Assembly (NCBI GenBank): GCA_977018835.1
Contig: OZ361257.1
Span: 4,650,001 to 4,714,000, forward strand
Reading direction: 5' to 3'
DNA: 64,000 nt
Source: Minutocellus sp. GHC0000111
Taxonomy: Eukaryota
Shown: positions 54,301-64,000 of the stretch, one piece after another
Layout of the letters: every line of letters begins with the position of its first letter
Position numbering within the stretch: position 1 is the stretch's first letter
The notes under the pieces: generated by a model
Databases searched by the model: none
Told to the model about the DNA's origin: nothing
Seen by the model: only the letters and a program-made list of their open reading frames with translations
Position numbers and translations under genes: made by a program

Positions 54301-57300
54301 CACCCACAAAGATGCGTGCTTTGGCTGCAGTGCAATCACTGGACACTGCTCACCACATGCATTCGTTGCTGCTCTCACATGGCAATGAATGGAACACAAG
54401 CTTTGGTAGAGATAAGGGTGCTCCTGTGGTCAAACATGGGTTGCTCCAGCAAGCAGCGCCCTGATTTTCCCAACGCTGCTGGCGACGCCCACACCACCCA
54501 CAAAGATGAGTGCTTTGGCTGCAGTGCAATCACTGGACACTGCTCACCACATGCATTCCTTGCTGCTCTCACATGGCAATGAATGGAACATAAGCTTTGG
54601 TAGATATCAGGGTGCTCCTATGGTCAAATGTGAGTTGCTCTAGTTAGGAGCGCCCTAGCTTTCCCAACGCTGCTGGTGACGCCCACAACACCCACAAAGA
54701 TACGTGCTTTGGCTGCAGTGCAATCACAAGACACTGCTCACCACATGCATTTCTTGCTGCTCTCACATGGCAATGAATGGAACATAAGCTTTGGTAGAGA
54801 TCAGGGTGCTGCTATGGTCAAACATGAGTTGCTCCAGTTAGGAGCGCCCTGGCTTTCCCAACGCTGCTGGCGACGCCCACACCACCCACAAAGATGCGTG
54901 CTTTGGCTGCAGTGCAATCACTGGACACTGCTCACCACATGCATTCCTTGCTGCTCTCACATGGCAATGAATGGAACATAAGCTTTGGTAGAGATCAGGG
55001 TGCTGCTATGGTCAAATGTGAGTTGCTCCGGTTAGGAGCGCCCTAGCTTTCCCAACGCTGCTGGCGACGCCCACACCACCCACAAAGATGAGTGCTTTGG
55101 CCGAAGTACAATCACTGGACACTGCTCACCACATGCATTCCTTGCTGCTCTCACATGGCAATGAATGGAACAGAAGCTTTGGTAGAGATCAGGGTGCTGC
55201 CATGGTCAAATATGAGTTGCTCCAGTTAGGACAGCCCTAACTTCCCCAACGCTGCTGGCGACACCCACACCACCCACAAAGATGCGTGCTTTGGCTGCAG
55301 TGCAATCACAGGACACTGCTCACCACATGCATTCCTTGCTGCTCTCACATGGCAATTAATGGAACGTAAGCTTTGGTAGAGATCAGGGTGCTCCTATGGT
55401 CAAATGTGAGTTGCTCCAGTTAGGAGCGCCCTGGCTTTCCCAACGCTGCTGGCGACGCCCCCACCACCCACAAAGATGAGTGCTTTGGCTGCGGTGCAAT
55501 CACTGGACACTGCTCACCACATGCATTCCTTGCTGCTCTCACATGGCAATGAACGGAACATAAGCTTTGGTAGAGATCAGGGTGCTCCTAAGGTCAAATG
55601 TGAGTTGCTCCAGTTAGGAGCGCCCTGATTTTCCCAACGCTGCTGGCGACGCCCACACCACCCACAAAGATGAGTGCTTTGGCTGCAGTGCAATCACAGG
55701 ACACTGCTCACCACATGCATTCCTTGCTGCTCTCACATGGCAATGAATGGAACACAAGCTTTGGTAGAGATCAGGGTGCTCCTATGGTCAAATGTGAATT
55801 GCCCCAGTTAGGAGCGCCCTAGTTGTCCAAACGCTTCTGCTGGCGATGCCCACGCCACCCAAAAAGATGAGTGCTTTGGCTGCAGTGCAATCACAGGACA
55901 CTGCTCACCACATGCATTTCTTGCTGCTCTCACATGGCAATGAATGGAACATAAGCTTTGGTAGAGATCAGGGTGCTCCTATGGTCAAATGTGAGTTGAT
56001 CCAGTTAGGACAGCCCTAACTTTCCCAACGCTGCTGGCGACGCCCACACCACCCACAAAGATGCGTGCTTTGGCTGCAGTGCAATCACAGGACACTGCTC
56101 ACCACATGCATTCCTTGCTGCTCTCACATGGCAATGAATGGAACATAAGCTTTGGTAGAGATCAGGGTGCTCCTATGGTCAAATGTGAGTTGATCCAGTT
56201 AGGACAGCCCTAACTTTCCCAACGCTGCTGGCGACGCCCACACCACCCACAAAGATGCGTGCTTTGGCTGCAGTGCAATCACAGGACACTGCTCACCACA
56301 TGCATTCCTTGCTGCTCTCACATGGCAATGAATGGAACATAAGCTTTGGTAGAGATCAGGGTGCTCCTATTGTCAAATGTGAGTTGCTCCAGTTAGGAGC
56401 GACCCCTAGCTTTCCCAACGCTGCTGAAGACACCCACACCACCCACAAAGATGCGTGCTTTGGCTGCAGTGCAATCACAGGACACTGCTCACCACATGCA
56501 TTCCTTGCTGCTCTCACATGGCAATGAATGGAACATAAGCTTTGGTAGAGATCAGGGTGCTCCTATGGTCAAATGTGAGTTGCCCCAGTTAGGAGCGCCC
56601 TAGTTGTCCCAACGCTTCTGCTGGCGATGCCCACGCCACCCACGAAGATGAGTGCTTTGGCTGCAGTGCAATCACAGGACACTGCTCACCACATGCATTT
56701 CTTGCTGCTCTCACATGGCAATGAATGGAACATAAGCTTCCTGGCGACGCCAACACCACCCACAAAGATGAGTGCTTTGGCTGCAGTGCAATCACTGGAC
56801 ACTGCTCACCACATGCATTCCTTGCTGCTCTCACATGGCAATGAATGGAACACAAGCTTTGGTAGAGATCAGGGTATTCCTGTGGTCAAACATGGGTTGC
56901 TCCAGCAAGCAGCGCCCTGATTTTCCCAACGCTGCTGGCGACGCCCACACCACCCACAAAGATGCGTGCTTTGGCTGCAGTGCAACCACAGGACACTGCT
57001 CACCACATGCATTCCTTGCTGCTCTCACATGGCAATGAATGGAACATAAGCTTTGGTAGATATCAGGGTGCTCCTATGGTCAAATGTGAGTTGCTCCAGT
57101 TAGGAGCGCCCTAGCTTTCCCAACGCTGCTGGTGACGCCCACACCACCCACAAAGATGCGTGCTTTGGCTGCAGTGCAATCACTGGACACTGCTCACCAC
57201 ATGCATTCCTTGCTGCTCTCACATGGCAATGAATGGAACATAAGCTTTGGTAGAGATCAGGGTGCTGCTATTGTCAAATGTGAGTTGCTCCGGTTAGGAG

Positions 57301-60300
57301 CGCCCTAGCTTTCCCAACGCTGCTGGCGACACCCACACCACCCACAAAGATGCGTGCTTTGGCTGCAGTGCAATCACAGGACACTGCTCACCACATGCAT
57401 TTCTTGCTGCTCTCACATGGCAATGAATGGAACATAAGCTTTGGTAGAGATCAGGTTGCTGCTATTGTCAAATGTGAGTTGCTCCGGTTAGGAGCGCCCT
57501 AGTTGTCCCAACGCTGCTGCTGGCGATGCCCACGCCACCCACAAAGATGAGTGCTTTGGCTGCAGTGCAATCACAGGACACTGCTCACCACATGCATTTC
57601 TTGCTGCTCTCACATGGCAATGAATGGAACATAAGCTTTGGTAGAGATCAGGGCACTCCTATGGTCAAACATGAGTTGCTCCAGTTAGGAGCGCCCTAGT
57701 TTTCCCAACGCTGCTGGCGACGCCCACACCACCCACAAAGATGCGTGCTCTGGCTGCAGTGCAACCACAGGACACTGCTCACCACATGCATTCCTTGCTG
57801 CTCTCACATGGCAATGAATGGAACATAAGCTTTGGTAGAGATCAGGGTGCTGCTATGGTCAAATATGAGTTGCTCCAGTAAGGAGCGCCCTGCTTTTCCC
57901 AACGCTGCTGGCGACGCCCACACCACCCACAAAGATGAGTGCTTTGGCTGCAGTGCAATCACAGGACACTGCTCACCACATGCATTCCTTGCTGCTCTCA
58001 CATGGCAATGAATGGAACATAAGCTTTGGTAGAGATCAGGGTGCTGCTATGGTCAAACATGAATTGCTCCAGTTAGGAGCGCAATAGTTTTCCCAACGAT
58101 GCTGGCGACGCCCACACCACCCACAAAGATGAGTGCTTTGGCTGCAGTGCAATCACAGGACACTGCTCACCACATGCATTCCTTGCTGCTCTCACATGGC
58201 AATGAATGGAACATAAGCTTTGGTAGAGATCAGGGTGCTCCTATGGTCAAATGTGAGTTGATCCAGTTAGGACAGCCCTAACTTTCCCAACGCTGCTGGC
58301 GACGCCCACACCACCCACAAAGATGCGTGCTTTGGCTGCAGTGCAATCACAGGACACTGCTCACCACATGCATTCCTTGCTGCTCTCACATGGCAATGAA
58401 TGGAACATAAGCTTTGGTAGAGATCAGGGTGCTCCTATGGTCAAATGTGAGTTGCTCCAGTTAGGAGCGCCCTGGCTTTCCCAACGCTGCTGGCGACGCC
58501 CACACCACCCACAAAGATGCGTGCTTTGGCTGCAGTGCAATCACAGGACACTGCTCACCACATGCATTCCTTGCTGCTCTCACATGGCAATGAATGGAAC
58601 ATAAGCTTTGGAAGAGATCAGGGTGCTGCTATGGTCAAACATGAATTGCTCCAGTTAGGAGCGCCCTAGATAGTTTGTCCAACGCTGCTGGCGACGCCCC
58701 CACCACCCACAAAGATGAGTGCTTTGGCTGCAGTGCAATCACAGGACACTGCTCAACACATGCATTCCTTGCTGCTCTCACATGGCAATTAATGGAACAT
58801 AAGCTTTGGTAGAGATCAGGGTGCTTCTATGGTCAAATGTGAGTTGCTCCAGTTAGGAGCGCCCTGGCTTTCCCAACGCTGCTGGCGACGCCCACACCAC
58901 CCACAAAGATGCGTGCTTTGGCTGCAGTGCAATCACTGGACACTGCTCACCACATGCATTCCTTGCTGCTCTCACATGGCAATGAATGGAACATAAGCTT
59001 TGGTAGAGATCAGGGTGCTGCCATGGTCAAATATGAGTTGCTCCAGTTAGGAGCGCACTAGCTTTCCCAACGCTGCTGGCGACGCCCACACCACCCACAA
59101 AGATGCGTGCTTTGGCTGCAGTGCAATCACTGGACACTGCTCACCACATGCATTCGTTGCTGCTCTCACATGGCAATGAATGGAACACAAGCTTTGGTAG
59201 AGATAAGGGTGCTCCTATGGTCAAACATGGGTTGCTCCAGCAAGCAGCGCCCTGATTTTCCCAACGCTGCTGGCGACGCCCACACCACCCACAAAGATGA
59301 GTGCTTTGGCTGCAGTGCAATCACTGGACACTGCTCACCACATGCATTCCTTGCTGCTCTCACATGGCAATGAATGGAACATAAGCTTTGGTAGATATCA
59401 GGGTGCTCCTATGGTCAAATGTGAGTTGCTCTAGTTAGGAGCGCCCTGCTTTTCCCAACGCTGCTGGCGACGCCCACACCACCCACAAAGATGAGTGCTT
59501 TGGCTGCAGTGCAATCACAGGACACTGCTCACCACATGCATTCCTTGCTGCTCTCACATGGCAATGAATGGAACATAAGCTTTGGTAGAGATCAGGGTGC
59601 TGCTATGGTCAAACATGAATTGCTCCAGTTAGGAGCGCAATAGTTTTCCCAACGATGCTGGCGACGCCCACACCACCCACAAAGATGAGTGCTTTGGCTG
59701 CAGTGCAATCACAGGACACTGCTCACCACATGCATTCCTTGCTGCTCTCACATGGCAATGAATGGAACATAAGCTTTGGTAGAGATCAGGGTGCTCCTAT
59801 GGTCAAACATGAATTGCTCCAGTTAGGAGCGCCCTAGATAGTTTGTCCAACGCTGCTGGCGACGCCCCCACCACCCACAAAGATGAGTGCTTTGGCTGCA
59901 GTGCAATCACAGGACACTGCTCAACACATGCATTCGTTGCTGCTCTCACATGGCAATGAATGGAACATAAGCTTTGGAAGAGATCAGGGTGCTGCTATGG
60001 TCAAACATGAATTGCTCCAGTTAGGAGCGCCCAAGATAGTTTGTCCAACGCTGCTGGCGACGCCCCCACCACCCACAAAGATGAGTGCTTTGGCTGCAGT
60101 GCAATCACAGGACACTGCTCAACACATGCATTCCTTGCTGCTCTCACATGGCAATGAATGGAACATAAGCTTTGGTAGAGATCAGGGTGCTCCTATGGTC
60201 AAATGTGAGTTGATCCAGTTAGGACAGCCCTAACTTTCCCAACGCTGCTGGCGACGCCCACACCACCCACAAAGATGCGTGCTTTGGCTGCAGTGCAATC

Positions 60301-63300
60301 ACAGGACACTGCTCACCACATGCATTCCTTGCTGCTCTCACATGGCAATGAATGGAACATAAGCTTTGGTAGAGATCAGGGTGCTGCCATGGTCAAATAT
60401 GAGTTGCTCCAGTTAGGAGCGCCCTAGCTTTCCCAACGCTGCTGGCGACGCCCACACCACCCACAAAGATGCGTGCTTTGGCTGCAGTGCAATCACTGGA
60501 CACTGCTCACCACATGCATTCGTTGCTGCTCTCACATGGCAATGAATGGAACACAAGCTTTGGTAGAGATAAGGGTGCTCCTGTGGTCAAACATGGGTTG
60601 CTCCAGCAAGCAGCGCCCTGATTTTCCCAACGCTGCTGGCGACGCCCACACCACCCACAAAGATGAGTGCTTTGGCTGCAGTGCAATCACTGGACACTGC
60701 TCACCACATGCATTCCTTGCTGCTCTCACATGGCAATGAATGGAACATAAGCTTTGGTAGATATCAGGGTGCTCCTATGGTCAAATGTGAGTTGCTCTAG
60801 TTAGGAGCGCCCTGCTTTTCCCAACGCTGCTGGCGACGCCCACACCACCCACAAAGATGAGTGCTTTGGCTGCAGTGCAATCACAGGACACTGCTCACCA
60901 CATGCATTCGTTGCTGCTCTCACATGGCAATGAATGGAACATAAGCTTTGGAAGAGATCAGGGTGCTGCTATGGTCAAACATGAATTGCTCCAGTTAGGA
61001 GCGCCCTAGATAGTTTGTCCAACGCTGCTGGCGACGCCCCCACCACCCACAAAGATGAGTGCTTTGGCTGCAGTGCAATCACAGGACACTGCTCACCACA
61101 TGCATTTCTTGCTGCTCTCACATGGCAATGAATGGAACACAAGCTTTGGTAGAGATCAGGGTGCTCCTATGGTCAAATGTGAGTTGCTCCAGTTAGGACA
61201 GCCCTAACTTTCCCAACGCTGCTGGCGACGCCCACACCACCCACAAATATGAGTGCTTTGGCTGCAGTGCAATCACAGGACACTGCTCACCACATGCATT
61301 CCTTGCTGCTCTCACATGGCAATGAATGGAACATAAGCTTTGGTAGAGATCAGGGTGCTCCTATTATTGATGTGAGTTGCTCCAGTTAGGAGCGCCCTAG
61401 CTTTCCCAAAGCTGCTGGCGACGCCCACAAAGATGAGTGCTTTGGCTGCAGTGCAATCACTGGACACTGCTCACCACATGCATTCCTTGCTGCTCTCACA
61501 TGGCAATGAATGGAACATAAGCTTTGGTAGAGATCAGGGTGCTGCTATGGTCAAATGTGAGTTGCTCCAGTTTGGAGAGCACTGATTTTCCCGACGCTGC
61601 TTGCTGGCGACTCCCCAACAACCCACAAAGATGAGTGCTTTGGCTGCAGTGCAATCACAGGACACTGCTCACCACATGCATTCCTTGCTGCTCTCACATG
61701 GCAATGAATGGAACATAAGCTTTGGTAGAGATCAGGGTGCTCCTATGGTCAAATGTGAGTTGCTCCAGTTAGGAGCGCCCTAGTTTTCCCAACGCTGCTG
61801 GCGACGCCCACAAAGATGAGTGCTTTGGCTGCAGTGCAATCACTGGACACTGCTCACCACATGCATTCCTTACTGCTCTCACATGGCAATGAAGGAACAT
61901 AAGCTTTGGTAGAGATCAGGGTGCTCCTGTGGTGACAACTGAGTTGCTCCAGTTAGGAGCGCCCTAGTTTTCCCAATGCTGCTGGTGACGCCCACACCAC
62001 CCACAAAGATGCATGCTTTGGCTGCAGTGCAATCACAGGACACTGCTCACCACATGCATTCCTTGCTGCTCTCACATGGCAATGAAGGAACATAAGCTTT
62101 GGTATAGATCAGGGTGCTCCTATGGTCAAACATGAGTTGCTCCAGTTAGGAGAGCACTGATTTTCCCAACGCTGCTGGCTGGCGACTCCCCAACCACCCA
62201 CAAAGATGCATGCTTTGGCTGCAGTGCAATCACAGGACACTGCTCACCACATGCATTCCTTGCTGCTCTCACATGGCAATGAATTGAACTAAGCTTTGGC
62301 AGAGATCAGGGCACTCCCATGGTCAAATGTGAGTTGCTCCAGTTAGTACAGCCCTAGTTTTCCCAACGCTGCTGGCGACACCCACACCACCCACAAAGAT
62401 GCGTGCTTTGGCTGCAGTGCAATCACAGGACACTGCTCACCACATGCATTCCTTGCTGCTCTCACATGGCAATGAATGGAACATAAGCTTTGGTAGAGAT
62501 CAGGGTGCTGCTATGGTCAAATGTGAGTTGCTCCAGTTTGGAGAGCACTGATTTTCCCAACGCTGCTGGCTGGCAACTCCCCAACAACCCACAAAGATGA
62601 GTGCTTTGGCTGCAGTGCAATCACAGGACACTGCTCACCACATGCATTCCTTGCTGCTCTCACATGGCAATGAATGGAACATAAGCTTTGGTAGAGATCA
62701 GGGTGCTCCCATGGTCAAATATGAGTTGCTCCAGTTTGAGAGCACTGATTTTCCCGACGCTGCTTGCTGGCGACTCCCCAACAACCCACAAAGATGAGTG
62801 CTTTGGCTGCAGTGCAATCACAGGACACTGCTCACCACATGCATTCCTTGCTGCTCTCACATGGCAATGAATGGAACATAAGCTTTGGTAGAGATCAGGG
62901 TGCTCCTATGGTCAAATGTGAGTTGCTCCAGTTAGGACAGCCCTAACTTTCCCAACGCTGCTGGCGACGCCCACACCACCCACAAATATGAGTGCTTTGG
63001 CTGCAGTGCAATCACAGGACACTGCTCACCACATGCATTCCTTGCTGCTCTCACATGGCAATGAATGGAACATAAGCTTTGGTAGAGATCAGGGTGCTCC
63101 TATGGTCAAATGTGAGTTGCTCCAGTTAGGACAGCCCTAACTTTCCCAACGCTGCTGGCGACGCCCACACCACCCACAAAGATGCGTGCTTTGGCTGCAG
63201 TGCAATCACAGGACACTGCTCACCACATGCATTCCTTGCTGCTCTCACATGGCAATGAATGGAACATAAGCTTTGGTAGAGATCAGGGTGCTCCTATTAT

Positions 63301-64000
63301 TGATGTGAGTTGCTCCAGTTAGGAGCGCCCTAGCTTTCCCAAAGCTGCTGGCGACGCCCACAAAGATGAGTGCTTTGGCTGCAGTGCAATCACTGGACAC
63401 TGCTCACCACATGCATTCCTTGCTGCTCTCACATGGCAATGAATGGAACATAAGCTTTGGTAGAGATCAGGGTGCTGCTATGGTCAAATGTGAGTTGCTC
63501 CAGTTTGGAGAGCACTGATTTTCCCGACGCTGCTTGCTGGCGACTCCCCAACAACCCACAAAGATGAGTGCTTTGGCTGCAGTGCAATCACAGGACACTG
63601 CTCACCACATGCATTCCTTGCTGCTCTCACATGGCAATGAATGGAACATAAGCTTTGGTAGAGATCAGGGTGCTCCTATGGTCAAATGTGAGTTGCTCCA
63701 GTTAGGAGCGCCCTAGTTTTCCCAACGCTGCTGGCGACGCCCACAAAGATGAGTGCTTTGGCTGCAGTGCAATCACTGGACACTGCTCACCACATGCATT
63801 CCTTGCTGCTCTCACATGGCAATGAAGGAACATAAGCTTTGGTAGAGATCAGGGTGCTCCTGTGGTGACAACTGAGTTGCTCCAGTTAGGAGCGCCCTAG
63901 TTTTCCCAATGCTGCTGGTGACGCCCACACCACCCACAAAGATGCATGCTTTGGCTGCAGTGCAATCACAGGACACTGCTCACCACATGCATTCCTTGCT

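Larger units (their letters stand above)
32748..62709 (+). repeat. Large duplication, offset 15594 bp (~80 monomers): 32748-47115 repeated at 48342-62709
   Basis: Every ORF marker from 33347 to 46007 recurs at +15594 (48941 to 61601). Identity breaks at 32747/48341 and 47116/62710. Confidence 0.93.
1..64000 (+). repeat. Tandem satellite DNA array, 194-bp canonical monomer, ~330 head-to-tail copies, open at both window ends
   Basis: AAGCTT recurs at 32, 230, 414, 612, 796 ... 1777, 1971, 2165 (spacings 198, 184, 198, 184, 194, 194). Consensus: aagctttggtagagatcagggtgctcctatggtcaaatgtgagttgctccagttaggagcgccctagctttcccaacgctgctggcgacgcccacaccacccacaaagatgagtgctttggctgcagtgcaatcacaggacactgctcaccacatgcattccttgctgctctcacatggcaatgaatggaacat. 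Nearly every monomer has one HindIII, one PstI and one NsiI site. No non-satellite sequence was seen. Confidence 0.99.

Noticed and set aside
496..63716. About 100 short ORFs (60-116 aa) on both strands
   Set aside because: All are translations of the same monomer in different frames. 194 is not a multiple of 3, stops and frameshifts vary among copies, and no protein family is recognisable. The longer ORFs arise only where an indel or point change happens to bypass a stop.
1..64000. CRISPR-like alternation of constant and variable segments
   Set aside because: The constant part is ~100 bp, the variable parts are homologous alleles rather than unique spacers, and there is no leader or cas gene.
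1..64000. CENP-B box or alpha-satellite identity
   Set aside because: I found no TTCGnnnnAnnCGGG motif on either strand of the consensus or the common variants. The monomer is 194 bp and GC-balanced rather than 171 bp and AT-rich.

Overview
The whole 64-kb window is one uninterrupted head-to-tail satellite DNA array of about 330 monomers, all in the same orientation. The canonical monomer is 194 bp (HindIII-to-HindIII spacing, e.g. 1777/1971/2165) and about 52-53% GC by hand count. Recurrent length variants are about 184, 196, 197 and 198 bp, and rare truncated monomers are 112, 120 and 171 bp. I saw no genes, RNA genes, transposon insertions, inversions or CRISPR arrays; every ORF in the track is a translation of the satellite. 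The main structure is: (i) a near-invariant ~100-bp half and a variable ~90-bp half that holds the CpGs and most indels; (ii) several dyad symmetries per monomer, including a 12-17 bp inverted repeat; (iii) nested higher-order duplications with offsets of 1366, 1935, 2351, 2516, 3030, ~4250, 7314 and 15594 bp, whose junctions and relative order can partly be read from the sequence. It looks like eukaryotic (peri)centromeric or heterochromatic satellite from a CpG-methylating genome. I cannot assign the species or satellite family. All comparisons were made by eye, so boundaries are approximate.
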